DNA of 64,000 nt from an uncultured Clostridium sp. (GTDB taxonomy: Bacteria; Bacillota; Clostridia; TANB77; CAG-508). Of the stretch, positions 18,480 through 28,384 are shown one piece after another. Made by a program: the position numbers and the translations under genes. The DNA lies in NCBI GenBank assembly GCA_900553985.1, contig USFW01000003.1:31492-95491 (forward strand), given 5' to 3'. Below the pieces are notes generated by a model, which saw only the letters and a program-made list of their open reading frames with translations, was not told the DNA's origin and did not search any database. Within the stretch, counting starts at the first letter, position 1. Every line of letters begins with the position of its first letter.

Positions 18480-19127
18480 ATGCAAGAAGAAAATGTGTTT
18501 TTTTCAATAAACGAATATAGCAAAATGACAGATGAAGAAATAATTAAAGAAATAAGAAATGGAGACAAACAAGCTCTTACATATTTAATGAACAAATATA
18601 AAGAAATTGTTAACTTAAAAGTTGGAAAATACTATATGGTGGGAGCTGAAAAAGAAGATATAATTCAAGAAGGTTTAATTGGATTATTTAAAGCAATAAA
18701 GACATTTAATGCAGAAAAAAATAACACATTTAAGACTTTTGCAAATATGTGTATAGAAAGGCAATTAATAACAGCAATAAAATCATCAAATAGACAAAAA
18801 CATATGCCATTAAATTCATACTTATCTTTAAATATGTCAGCATATGATAATGAAGAAGAAAATGGTGCAGAATTAATGGATACATTTGATAGTAAAACAA
18901 TAGAAGACCCATTAGAAACAATTATTAACAAAGAATATTATGACGAGATAGAAAAATCAATAGATAAAACATTAAGCCAATTTGAAAAACAAGTTTTAGA
19001 TAGATATATGAAAGGTGAAAGCTATGTCACAATAGCAAAAAGACTAGATTCACCAGTAAAATCAGTAGATAATGCAATACAAAGAATAAGGAAAAAGGCG
19101 ATGAAAAATTTGCCAAATGAAATTTAA
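18480..19127 (+). CDS. sigH: RNA polymerase sigma-H (Spo0H)
   Basis: Sigma-70 regions 2 and 4. Text is characteristic of SigH (IIQEGLIGLFKAIKTFNAEKNNTFKTFANMCIERQLITAIK..NRQKH.PLNSYLSL). Confidence 0.9.
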   Translation: MQEENVFFSINEYSKMTDEEIIKEIRNGDKQALTYLMNKYKEIVNLKVGKYYMVGAEKEDIIQEGLIGLFKAIKTFNAEKNNTFKTFANMCIERQLITAIKSSNRQKHMPLNSYLSLNMSAYDNEEENGAELMDTFDSKTIEDPLETIINKEYYDEIEKSIDKTLSQFEKQVLDRYMKGESYVTIAKRLDSPVKSVDNAIQRIRKKAMKNLPNEI

Positions 19128-19267
19128 AAAAATTGAAAATAAATAAAGTTTTTATTTGATAATTGAAAACAAAAAAGATTAATTGGAGGTTTAATGTTTA
19201 AAATAAATGTAGATTTAATTTGTTAGAATTTTACAAAATTAAATCCACATTATTTTTTATTAATTGT

Positions 19268-19343
19268 TGGGGCTTCCAACGGGAATTGAACCCGTGACCT
19301 CCACCTTACCAAGGTGGCACTCTACCTACTGAGCTATGGAAGC
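19268..19343 (-). tRNA. tRNA-Thr (anticodon GGU), CCA encoded
   Basis: Reverse complement GCTTCCATAGCTCAGTAGGTAGAGTGCCACCTTGGTAAGGTGGAGGTCACGGGTTCAATTCCCGTTGGAAGCCCCA folds as a cloverleaf. Anticodon loop is TTGGTAA. Confidence 0.9.
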
Positions 19344-19397
19344 AAAATAAACCAAAGCAATTATACAATAAGAGAATATAAAAGTAAATAATTTCTA

Positions 19398-19426
19398 TTG
19401 ACTTTTTTAAAAAAATATAATAAAAT
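19398..19426 (+). promoter_or_regulatory. promoter of the thrS leader
   Basis: TTGACT (19398-19403), 17 nt, TAAAAT (19421-19426). Confidence 0.45.
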
Positions 19427-19432
19427 TAAAGT

Positions 19433-19661
19433 CATAAGTAAAAGGCAAATAAGAGAAGAGTAAAATAAAGGTTACCAAAAGAGAGAGTTAGTCAAAGGCT
19501 GAAAGCTAACTTTGGAAAACATATTTGAAAACTAACTCTTTAAGTTTTTGGTGAATAAGCCAAACGAGTAAGATACGTTATAATCTTTAATAAAGTGAAA
19601 TTTAGGATGGAACCGTGTAAATAGCACTCCTATGGATATTAAATATCTATGGGAGTTTTTT
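19433..19661 (+). promoter_or_regulatory. T-box riboswitch leader (Thr specifier) with terminator
   Basis: Stem I elements AGAGAGAG and GGCTGAAAG. Candidate specifier ACU followed by A (19531-19534). T-box sequence AAATTTAGGATGGAACCGTG (19598-19617). Terminator is a 13-bp stem (19626-19638 with 19644-19656) plus a T-run. Lies upstream of thrS. Confidence 0.8.
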
Positions 19662-19826
19662 GTATGTATATGAAATTCTTATAAAATTTGGTATGAAAAT
19701 AAAGAGTAAGAAAGTGTATTAAAAATAAAAAATTAATCATACCTAATTAGTTCTATTTTAAATAAAAATTAGTACAAAATTAAAAAATTAATATAATATA
19801 TTTTATAAAAATAAGGGGGTTATCTT

Positions 19827-21761
19827 ATGATAAAAATTACATTAAAAGATGGTTCTAATTTAGAAGTAGAATCAGGAGCAAAAATCATTGACATTGCAAA
19901 AAAAATAAGTGAAGGATTAGCAAGAAATGCAACTTGTGGAGAAATAGATGGAGAAATAAAAGACTTAAGATATGAAATAAAAGAAGATAGTAATTTAATA
20001 ATACACACATTTAATGAAGACGATTTAGAAGGAAAAAAAGCATATTGGCATACAACATCACACATAATGGCACAAGCAGTAAAAAGATTATTTCCAGATG
20101 TTAAATTTGCAATAGGACCAAGTATAGATGAAGGTTTCTATTATGATTTTGATGTTGAAAAACCATTTACAGATGAAGATAAAGCAAAAATAGAAGAAGA
20201 AATGAAAAAAATAATAAAAGAAAATATAGAAATAGAAAGATTTTCATTACCAAAAGATGAAGCTTTAGAATTAATGAAAGAACAACCATATAAAGTAGAA
20301 TTAATTGAAGAATTACCAGAAGATGAAGAAATCAGTTTCTATAAACAAGGTGACTTTACAGATTTATGTGCAGGACCACATCTAATGAGTACTGGAAAAG
20401 TAAAAGCAGTAAAAATATTATCATCATCAGGAGCATATTGGAGAGGTAGCGAAAAAAATAAAATGTTACAAAGAATATATGCAATATCTTTCCCAAAAGC
20501 TAGTCAATTACAAGAACATTTAGACTTTTTAGAAGAAGCAAAACAAAGAGACCATAGAAAAATAGGGAAAGACTTAGACATTTTTATGACACATAAATTA
20601 GTAGGTTCAGGACTTCCAATGTATTTACCAAATGGTGCAACTATTAGAAGAATTTTAGAAAGATATATTCAAGACAAGGAAATTCAATTAGGATATGCAC
20701 ATGTATATACACCATCATTAGCAAATGTAGACTTATATAAAACAAGTGGACATTGGGATCACTATAAAGATGATATGTTTCCAGTAATGAAAATGGATAA
20801 TGAAGAAATGGTATTAAGGCCAATGAACTGTCCACATCATATGCTAATTTATAAAAATAAAATGCATTCTTATAGAGATTTACCAATTCGTATAGGAGAA
20901 TTAGCTCATGATTTCAGATATGAATCAAGTGGTAGTGTTTGTGGATTAGAAAGAGTTCGTCAAATGTGCCAAAATGATGCGCATTTATTTGTAAGACCAG
21001 ACCAAATAAAAGAAGAAGTAGGAAGAGTTTTAACTTTAATAAAGGAAGTATATCAAAAAGATTTTGGATTTCCAGCTTCAGCCTTTAAATATAGATTATC
21101 TTTAAGAGATAAGAAAAATAAAGAAAAATATATTGATAATGACGAAATGTGGGAAACAGCAGAAAGTCAATTAAGAGAAATATTAAAAGAATTAAATATT
21201 GAATTTTATGAAGCAGAAGGAGAAGCAGCATTTTATGGACCAAAAATTGATATTCAAATCAAAACAGCATTAAATCATGATGTAACAATACCAACATGTC
21301 AATTAGACTTTGCATTACCAGAAAGATTTGAATTAGAATATATAGGAGAAGACGGAAAAGCACATAGACCAGTAGTAATTCATAGAGCAATTTTAGGTTC
21401 ATCAGATAGATTTATATCTTTCTTACTAGAAGAAACAAAAGGAAATCTACCAGTATGGGTAGCACCAGTACAAGTAAAAATATTGCCAATTACAGATAAT
21501 CAACATGATTATGCTTACAAGGTAAAAGAAAAATTACAAGTAAAAGGAATTCGTGTAGAAGTAGATGATAGAAATGAAAAAACAGGTTATAAAATTCGTG
21601 AAGCACAATTGCAAAAAATTCCGTATATGTTGATTGTTGGTGAAAAAGAAGTTGAAGGAAATACAGTATCTATTCGTTCAAGAGAAGAGGGGGATATTGG
21701 CGTAAAGGTAGTAGATGATTTTGTTGAAGAAATATTGGAGAAAGTAGAGAATAAAAAATAG
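19827..21761 (+). CDS. thrS: threonyl-tRNA synthetase
   Basis: TGS domain, editing-domain HxxxH (HTTSHIMAQAV), class II core and anticodon-binding domain. Length 644 aa. Confidence 0.95.
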   Translation: MIKITLKDGSNLEVESGAKIIDIAKKISEGLARNATCGEIDGEIKDLRYEIKEDSNLIIHTFNEDDLEGKKAYWHTTSHIMAQAVKRLFPDVKFAIGPSIDEGFYYDFDVEKPFTDEDKAKIEEEMKKIIKENIEIERFSLPKDEALELMKEQPYKVELIEELPEDEEISFYKQGDFTDLCAGPHLMSTGKVKAVKILSSSGAYWRGSEKNKMLQRIYAISFPKASQLQEHLDFLEEAKQRDHRKIGKDLDIFMTHKLVGSGLPMYLPNGATIRRILERYIQDKEIQLGYAHVYTPSLANVDLYKTSGHWDHYKDDMFPVMKMDNEEMVLRPMNCPHHMLIYKNKMHSYRDLPIRIGELAHDFRYESSGSVCGLERVRQMCQNDAHLFVRPDQIKEEVGRVLTLIKEVYQKDFGFPASAFKYRLSLRDKKNKEKYIDNDEMWETAESQLREILKELNIEFYEAEGEAAFYGPKIDIQIKTALNHDVTIPTCQLDFALPERFELEYIGEDGKAHRPVVIHRAILGSSDRFISFLLEETKGNLPVWVAPVQVKILPITDNQHDYAYKVKEKLQVKGIRVEVDDRNEKTGYKIREAQLQKIPYMLIVGEKEVEGNTVSIRSREEGDIGVKVVDDFVEEILEKVENKK

Positions 21762-21771
21762 AATTCTTTAA

Positions 21772-21808
21772 TTTCAAAAGCCTCTAAATTATTTAGAGGC
21801 TTTTGAAA
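21772..21808. terminator. thrS terminator (near-perfect palindrome)
   Basis: TTTCAAAAGCCTCTAAAT / ATTTAGAGGCTTTTGAAA. Confidence 0.7.
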
Positions 21809-21940
21809 TTATGATTTGATAGAATTACAAGAAATATAATGGTGAATTGTAAAACGTAAATATATTAATTAAAAATAAAAGCGGATTTTATTTTTACAAT
21901 TTACCAGAAATACTAATTTGATAAAAATTCGACAGAATAG

Positions 21941-22071
21941 TTGACACAAATAGTATTTTATGGTAAAATAAGTAACTGTAATCCGCTTAGTCAAGGTTAG
22001 AAAACACTATGTAATGATAGTTACCTTTTTTAAGGATTAGCGAGTATACAAATAAGGGAGGTGCATTTTAA
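21941..22071 (+). promoter_or_regulatory. rplU promoter and structured 5' leader (possible L21 leader)
   Basis: TTGACA (21941-21946), 17 nt, TGgTAAAAT (-10 at 21964-21969). A leader of about 100 nt contains AATCC/GGATT pairing. The L21-leader assignment rests on position only. Confidence 0.35.
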
Positions 22072-22431
22072 ATGTACGCAATAATTGAAAGCTGTGGAAA
22101 ACAATACAAAGTAGCAGAAGGAGATGTTGTATTTTTCGAAAAACTAAATGCAGAAGAAGGTAAAAAAGTTACTTTCGATAGTGTTGTATTAGTTTCAGAT
22201 GAAGGAAAAGTACAAGTAGGAAATCCTTATGTTAAAGGTGTTAAAGTAGAAGGAAAAGTAGTTTCTCATGGTAAAGGTAAAAAAATCATTGTTTTCAAAA
22301 TGAAAGCTAAAAAGAATTATAGAAGAAAACAAGGACACAGACAACCATATACAAAAGTAGAAATTACATCAATAAAAACAGCTGCTAAAAAAGCAGAAAC
22401 AAAAAAAGCTACTGAAAAAGTAGAAGCATAA
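22072..22431 (+). CDS. rplU: 50S ribosomal protein L21
   Basis: [14 protein letters not shown]... is canonical L21, with a Lys/Ala-rich C-terminal tail. Confidence 0.95.
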   Translation: MYAIIESCGKQYKVAEGDVVFFEKLNAEEGKKVTFDSVVLVSDEGKVQVGNPYVKGVKVEGKVVSHGKGKKIIVFKMKAKKNYRRKQGHRQPYTKVEITSIKTAAKKAETKKATEKVEA

Positions 22432-22486
22432 TTAATGTATAAATTAATTGGAAATATATATATTGAACCGAAAGGAGTGAAAAAAC

Positions 22487-22747
22487 ATGGCTCATAAAAA
22501 AGGTCAAGGTAGTAGCCACAATGGTAGAGAGAGTGAATCAAAGCGTCTTGGAGTAAAAAGAGCTGATGGTCAATTTGTTTTAGCAGGAAATATCCTAGTA
22601 AGACAAAGAGGTACAAACGTACATCCTGGAACTAATGTAGGAAAAGGTAGCGACGATACTTTATATGCATTAGTAGATGGAAAAGTTAAATTTGAAAGAA
22701 AAGGTAGAGATAAAAAACAAGTAAGTGTTTATCCAGTAGAAAACTAA
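22487..22747 (+). CDS. rpmA: 50S ribosomal protein L27 (no N-terminal propeptide)
   Basis: [24 protein letters not shown]... begins directly with the mature-type AHKK sequence. Confidence 0.95.
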   Translation: MAHKKGQGSSHNGRESESKRLGVKRADGQFVLAGNILVRQRGTNVHPGTNVGKGSDDTLYALVDGKVKFERKGRDKKQVSVYPVEN

Positions 22748-22978
22748 TAGAAAATAATTTATAAAAAGATTTGGTTAAAAGTTATGTGAAAATATAAACA
22801 TAATATAAAACTAAATCTTTTTTTGTAAAATAAAGCAAATAAAAATGCGAATTTTGAAAAATAAATAGGATTTTTGTAAAAAAGCATTTACATTTTTGAA
22901 AAAGTTGTATAGAATATACTAAATTGTGTATAAAATTACAAAAACAAAAGAAAACAAAAAATGAAAGGAAGTATATCA

Positions 22979-24271
22979 ATGAAAATATTGATGTTAACAT
23001 GGGAATATCCACCAAGAGTAGTAGGAGGAATAGCAAGAGTTGTATATGATTTGTCAAGAACTTTATTAAAAGATGGTCATGATGTAACAGTTGTTACATA
23101 TAAAGAAGGAGATGCACCATATTTTGAAGATGATAAAGGAGTAAAAGTATACAGAGTAGATAATTATATGATAAATCCTAATAACTTTATCGATTGGATT
23201 ATGCAATTAAACTTTAATTTAGTTGCAAAAGCAAATGAGATAATAGCAAAAGAAGGAAATTTTGATGTAATTCATGCACATGATTGGTTAGTAGCATATG
23301 CAGCAAAAACATTAAAAAATTCATATAATATTCCAATAGTTGCAACAATACATGCAACAGAAGCAGGAAGAAATAGTGGAATACATGACGAAACACAAAG
23401 ATATATAAATGACACAGAATGGATGCTTACATATGAAGCTTCAGAAGTTATAGTTAATAGTAATTATATGAAAAATGAATTACAAAGACTATTTGGTTTA
23501 CCATATGAAAAGATAAATGTAGTTCCAAATGGAGTTAATTTAAACTTATTTAATGGTGTAGAAAGAGATTATAACTTTAGAAGAAGATTTGCTATGGATA
23601 ATGAGAAAATTATATTATTTATGGGAAGATTAGTATATGAAAAAGGAATTCAACATTTAATTTCAGCTATGCCTAAAATTTTAAATGGATACCATGATTC
23701 TAAACTTGTTATTTGTGGAAAAGGTGGAATGATAGACGAGCTAAAAGCACAAGTAAATGCTATGGGAATATCAAATAAAGTATATTTTGCAGGATATATG
23801 AATGGAAAAGATGTGCAAAAAATGTATAAAGCAGCTGATGTTGCAGTATTTCCAAGTACATATGAGCCATTTGGAATAGTTGCATTAGAAGCAATGCTAT
23901 CAGAAAATCCAATAGTTGTATCGGATATTGGAGGCTTAAATGAAATTGTGCAACATAGAGAAAATGGAATGAAAAGTTACGCAGGAAATCCAAATTCAAT
24001 AGCAGATTCAATATTAGAATTGTTATATGACCATAAATTATGTGCAGACATAACAAAAAAAGCTAAAAATAAAGTTAGAAATGAATATAACTGGAATAAG
24101 ATAGCACAAGATACTCACTTCACATACCAAAAAGCAATTTGCCAATCAATGGCAGAAAAACAAAAAAGAGAGCTTGAACAAGAAAGAGCTAAGAAAACTA
24201 AAAAAGTAGTTAAGGGAGATAACGAAATTACTAATTTACTTAACTTTAGAAAACGTCAAGCGTATGCATAG
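22979..24271 (+). CDS. family 4 glycosyltransferase (GT-B, group 1)
   Basis: MKILMLTWEYPPRVVGGIARVV N-terminus and a C-terminal E..G....EAM motif region (YEPFGIVALEAM). The ATG at 22979 is 7 nt after AAGGAAG. Confidence 0.8.
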   Translation: MKILMLTWEYPPRVVGGIARVVYDLSRTLLKDGHDVTVVTYKEGDAPYFEDDKGVKVYRVDNYMINPNNFIDWIMQLNFNLVAKANEIIAKEGNFDVIHAHDWLVAYAAKTLKNSYNIPIVATIHATEAGRNSGIHDETQRYINDTEWMLTYEASEVIVNSNYMKNELQRLFGLPYEKINVVPNGVNLNLFNGVERDYNFRRRFAMDNEKIILFMGRLVYEKGIQHLISAMPKILNGYHDSKLVICGKGGMIDELKAQVNAMGISNKVYFAGYMNGKDVQKMYKAADVAVFPSTYEPFGIVALEAMLSENPIVVSDIGGLNEIVQHRENGMKSYAGNPNSIADSILELLYDHKLCADITKKAKNKVRNEYNWNKIAQDTHFTYQKAICQSMAEKQKRELEQERAKKTKKVVKGDNEITNLLNFRKRQAYA

Positions 24272-24297
24272 GAAATATAGAATAATATATAAAATGA

Positions 24298-24340
24298 AGA
24301 CTGTCATAAATATAGGAATATATTTATAGGCAGTCTTTAA
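24298..24340 (+). terminator. intrinsic terminator
   Basis: AAGACTG..ATAAATA / TATTTAT..CAGTCTT stem followed by TTT. Confidence 0.6.
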
Positions 24341-24357
24341 TGATTTTAAAAAAATAA

Positions 24358-24635
24358 GTTACTGGGTAATGTTTTTTAAATTAGTCGCTGTGAATAGGTG
24401 ATACTTATAACTTTTTTTAATTTTTGACTACTTATTCCATTCAGAAAGAATTGGTAAGGCTTTCTAATGAGCCTCTCTCACTCAGACCCTTTCATACTTC
24501 AAGTACCGTGAGCATTCCTCATTAGAAAGCCTAACCAATTCTAATCTTCATTCCAGGCGAACGTCAAAAATTAAAAAAAGTTATAAGTATCACCCATTCA
24601 CAGCTTTTCTATAATAAAAATTGTTATACTATAAT
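24358..24635 (+). repeat. foldback element, copy 2
   Basis: Same core as copy 1. The outer arms differ from copy 1 at about 8 positions, but the two arms still match each other at 41 of 42 positions. Confidence 0.9.
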
Positions 24636-24751
24636 GAAAAAAATTGAAAAATTTTCTTAAATTCTACAAATTTAGCATAAAAATGGTGTATAATATAAAA
24701 GTAATGTACTTAAAAATATAATCAAAAAACAAAATAGAAAGAGGAATTATT

Positions 24752-25654
24752 ATGGCAAACTTTAAGTCAGGATTTGTAACATTAATAGGAAGAACAAATG
24801 TAGGAAAATCAACATTAATAAATTTATTAGTAGGAGAAAAAGTTGCAGCAATAGCAAATAAAGTTCAAACAACAAGAACAGCAATAAGAGGTATAGTAAA
24901 TAGAGAAAATGCACAAATAATATTTACAGATACACCGGGAATACATAAACCAAAGCACAAGCTAAATGAAACAATGGTTGAGACTTCATTTTCAACTATA
25001 CCTGATGCAGATATAGTGTTATTTTTAATAGAAGCAACAAGTGAAGATATTGGAAAAGGAGATAGAATAATACTAGAAAAAATAAAAGAATCTAAAAGAA
25101 AAACTATATTGATAATAAATAAAATAGATTTAGTAAAAAGAGAAACTCTTTTAAAACTAATTGAAATATATAGTAAAGAATATAGTTTTGAAGCAGTAAT
25201 ACCAATTTCAGCAACAAATTCTAAATATAGAGAAATAATATTGGATGAAATTGAAAAAAATTTACAAGAAGGACCAGCATATTATGATACAGAAGAATAT
25301 ACAGACCAAACTTTAAGACAATTAGCAGAAGAAACAATAAGAGAAAAAGCACTAAAATTACTACAAGATGAAGTACCGCATGGAATTTATGTAGAAATAG
25401 AAAAAATGAAACTAAGAAAAAATAAGCAAAAAGAAGAAATATATGATATAGAAGCAACGATTTACTGTTTAAGAGAATCTCATAAAGGAATAATAATAGG
25501 AAAAAATGGAGAAATGCTAAAAAGAATAGGAAGAGCAGCAAGGATAGATATGGAAGAAAATTTTGGCACAAAAATAAATTTAAAAACTTGGGTAAAAGTA
25601 AAAGAAGATTGGCTTGATAATCAATCAATAGTTAATAAGTTCAAATTACAATAA
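24752..25654 (+). CDS. era: GTPase Era
   Basis: G1 GRTNVGKST, G3 DTPG, G4 NKID and a C-terminal KH domain. Confidence 0.95.
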   Translation: MANFKSGFVTLIGRTNVGKSTLINLLVGEKVAAIANKVQTTRTAIRGIVNRENAQIIFTDTPGIHKPKHKLNETMVETSFSTIPDADIVLFLIEATSEDIGKGDRIILEKIKESKRKTILIINKIDLVKRETLLKLIEIYSKEYSFEAVIPISATNSKYREIILDEIEKNLQEGPAYYDTEEYTDQTLRQLAEETIREKALKLLQDEVPHGIYVEIEKMKLRKNKQKEEIYDIEATIYCLRESHKGIIIGKNGEMLKRIGRAARIDMEENFGTKINLKTWVKVKEDWLDNQSIVNKFKLQ

Positions 25655-25748
25655 TAAACTATTAACAAAAAGATAAAAATTGTATAAAATATATAAAAAT
25701 GCAAAAGATAATATTAAAGGTAAAACTTTAAGAATGGAGATGAAATGT

Positions 25749-25940
25749 ATGATTAAACAAATTGCTTGGGATGCCTTTAAAAAAACAGGAGACATAGAAA
25801 CATTTTTGGAGTTAAAACAATTTGAAAATACGGAAAATAATATAAAAGATATGACTATAACCCCAATGGGTATGTCAGAAAAAACAAATCAAATTAATGA
25901 AAATGGAAAAGATATAAATCAAAAACCAAATATATTTTAG
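25749..25940 (+). CDS. YqzL-like small protein
   Basis: MIKQIAWDAFKKTGDIETFLELKQFE resembles the YqzL family. Conserved position between era and recO. The ATG at 25749 is 8 nt after GGAGA. Confidence 0.5.
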   Translation: MIKQIAWDAFKKTGDIETFLELKQFENTENNIKDMTITPMGMSEKTNQINENGKDINQKPNIF

Positions 25941-26009
25941 TAATAAAGTAGAATATGGAATAAATAAAAATAAAGTTATATTAACAGAAATGGTAAAGGG
26001 AGAATAAAA

Positions 26010-26738
26010 ATGGCAACAACAAAAGTAAAAGGGATAATTTTATCAGAAAATAATATGGGCGATTATGATAAAATGCTTACAATATTAACTCCAAATTTTG
26101 GTAAAATTTCGTGTGCAGCAAAAGGGGCTAGACGACCTAAAAGTGCTTTACTTGCTGGTACACAACTCTTTTGCTTTGGAGAATATTTGATGTATAAAGG
26201 AACAAGTACATATCATATAAATTCGTGTGAAACAATAGAAATGTTTTATAATATAAGAACAGATTTAGATAAATTAAAATATGCAATTCATTTAAATAAA
26301 ATAGTGCAAGATATAACAGAAGAAAATGAAAATTGCTATAATATTTTACAATTATACTTAAATGCTTTATATACAATATCAGAAACAGACAAAGATATGG
26401 ATTTGGTAGTTAGTATATTTAAGTTAAGAATTTTATGTATATTAGGTTTTACTCCTAGAATTATGTCATGCGTAAATTGTAAAGAAAAAGAAAAGTTGCA
26501 ATATTTTAGTATAAGAGATAATGGTTTAAAATGTGAAGCATGTAGCAAACAAGATAAGTCAGCATTATATATGTCAGAGAGTACATTAAATGCAATAAAA
26601 TATACAGTAACAGCACCAGCAAAGAAATTATTCTCATTTAACTTGAAAAATGAAGCACTAGAAGAATTTAAGTTGATAACGAAAATATATTTTAATGAAA
26701 AATTAGAAAAAGAATATAAATTGGAGGAAATATTTTAA
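26010..26738 (+). CDS. recO: DNA repair protein RecO
   Basis: OB-fold N-terminus and a CxxC...CxxC zinc motif (CVNCKE...CEAC). Follows era as in other Firmicutes. Confidence 0.9.
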   Translation: MATTKVKGIILSENNMGDYDKMLTILTPNFGKISCAAKGARRPKSALLAGTQLFCFGEYLMYKGTSTYHINSCETIEMFYNIRTDLDKLKYAIHLNKIVQDITEENENCYNILQLYLNALYTISETDKDMDLVVSIFKLRILCILGFTPRIMSCVNCKEKEKLQYFSIRDNGLKCEACSKQDKSALYMSESTLNAIKYTVTAPAKKLFSFNLKNEALEEFKLITKIYFNEKLEKEYKLEEIF

Positions 26739-26750
26739 AATAATTAATAT

Positions 26751-26784
26751 AACTCGAACTTATGAAAAATGATAAGTTCGAGTT
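26751..26784 (+). terminator. recO terminator
   Basis: AACTCGAACTTA / TAAGTTCGAGTT 12-bp stem. Confidence 0.7.
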
Positions 26785-27069
26785 ATTCATTTTTAAAGTC
26801 ATTTCCTTGACCTATATAATTCTTATTTAATTTACATACTATTATATCATAGGCTATCTAAAAATGTTATAATATAAAATTAATAAAATAGAAAATATAT
26901 GAAACAACAATACAAAGTGAAAATAAATTTAGGATTGAAATTTATTTTCAAGAGATAAGTATTATTAGTTAAAAAAAGGCAAAAAATAGTTGAAAAAAAA
27001 TAAAATAACATATATAATAAAAATATATCATAAAAAAACAAAACATAAAAGAAGAAGGGAGCGATTTTT

Positions 27070-27597
27070 ATGAAAATAAAAATAATAGGTAAGGAACTAA
27101 AGATAACAGAAGCAATGAACGATTATGTAGAAAAAAAATTAGACAGAATCGATAAATATTTTGAAGATGCAGAAGCAGATGTTACTTTAAAAACAGAAAA
27201 AAATGAACAAATAGCAGAAATATGTGTTTTAGCAAACGGAGAAAAATATAGAGCCGTAACTGAAGACAAAGACTTATATGCATCAATAGATAAAGATATT
27301 GATATATTAGAAGGTCAAATTAGAAAAATGAAAACTAAAAAAGAAAAAATGATGAGAGAAGGAAGTTTAAAAACAATGGAAGTTTCAGATGATAAAATAG
27401 CTGAGATATCTAATGAAATAATAAAAACTTCTTACTATGAAATAAAACCAATAACACCAGAAGATGCAGTTCTTGAATTAAAAGAAAAACCAACACATAA
27501 TTTTTTAACATTCATAAATGTTGAAACAGGAAAAGTTAATGTTATACATAAATTAAAAGATGGAAAAAATTATGGTTTAGTAGAACCAGAAGCATAA
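27070..27597 (+). CDS. hpf: ribosome hibernation promoting factor (long HPF)
   Basis: YfiA/HPF N-terminal domain (ITEAMNDYVEKKLDRIDKYF) plus the C-terminal dimerisation domain of long HPFs. Confidence 0.9.
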   Translation: MKIKIIGKELKITEAMNDYVEKKLDRIDKYFEDAEADVTLKTEKNEQIAEICVLANGEKYRAVTEDKDLYASIDKDIDILEGQIRKMKTKKEKMMREGSLKTMEVSDDKIAEISNEIIKTSYYEIKPITPEDAVLELKEKPTHNFLTFINVETGKVNVIHKLKDGKNYGLVEPEA

Positions 27598-27601
27598 GTA
27601 A

Positions 27602-27628
27602 AAAGGCAGGAAATCAAATCCTGCCTTT
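27602..27628 (+). terminator. hpf terminator
   Basis: AAAGGCAGGA / TCCTGCCTTT stem. Confidence 0.7.
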
Positions 27629-27797
27629 ATGTATTTTGTAAAAAATATATAAAAACAAAATTTAACTTTCTGCCAAATTAATTATATTTTACAGTATAAT
27701 TAGTGAATAATAATATTACTATAAAGTATATTTTAAAATTCTAAGCTAATCATAACTAATTTATATAATTAATAAACTAACAAATCTGTGAAAATAA

Positions 27798-27995
27798 CTA
27801 TTTCATTTGTTGTTCAGCTTGTTGTATTAATTTTCTTACCATGTTTCCACCTATTCTACCAGCATCTCTAGCAGAAATGTCACCATTGTAACCATCTTTT
27901 AAATTAACACCAACTTCACTAGCTACTTCATATTTGAATTTATCTAATGCATCCATAGCTTCTGGAACTAATTTTTTATTACTGTTGTTTGCCAT
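27798..27995 (-). CDS. alpha/beta-type small acid-soluble spore protein
   Basis: Canonical SASP motifs: KFKYEVASEVGV and G..GG.MVRKLI. Confidence 0.95.
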   Translation of the reverse strand: MANNSNKKLVPEAMDALDKFKYEVASEVGVNLKDGYNGDISARDAGRIGGNMVRKLIQQAEQQMK

Positions 27996-28384
27996 GTTAT
28001 TTCACCTCCGTATATATACTTTTTATGAAAAAACTATTGTCTTTTCTAATACTATCATTTGCAATTTTGAAAAAAATAAACAGGAAATTTTTACTAAAAA
28101 TAAAATGATTATAATTTGTATGTAATTTGTAAATTTAATAAAAAAATTAATTATAGTTTACAATAGGAATGTAAAAAATATACTATCAATATACTTGACA
28201 TTTATTTATATATAAATATATAATGAATAATCAGTGATTTAACTAAAGAAAAAACTAAATAATCAACAATAAAAGTAAATTACTAATGCTGATTTGTAAA
28301 TGGCATAATAATGTTATTTATATAATTAAAAATATAAATTATTTATGTTTGTTTGCAACTTTAAGAAAGGAATGGAAAACAAAA

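Noticed and set aside
26739-27069. A possible raiA-motif RNA or other structured leader upstream of hpf.
   Set aside because: The spacer is almost pure A/T, with no GC-containing helices or conserved raiA-like segments.
27934-28125. A 63-aa + strand ORF overlaps the SASP start region.
   Set aside because: It overlaps the 5' end and promoter region of the canonical alpha/beta SASP gene on the other strand. It has low-complexity sequence and no SD.
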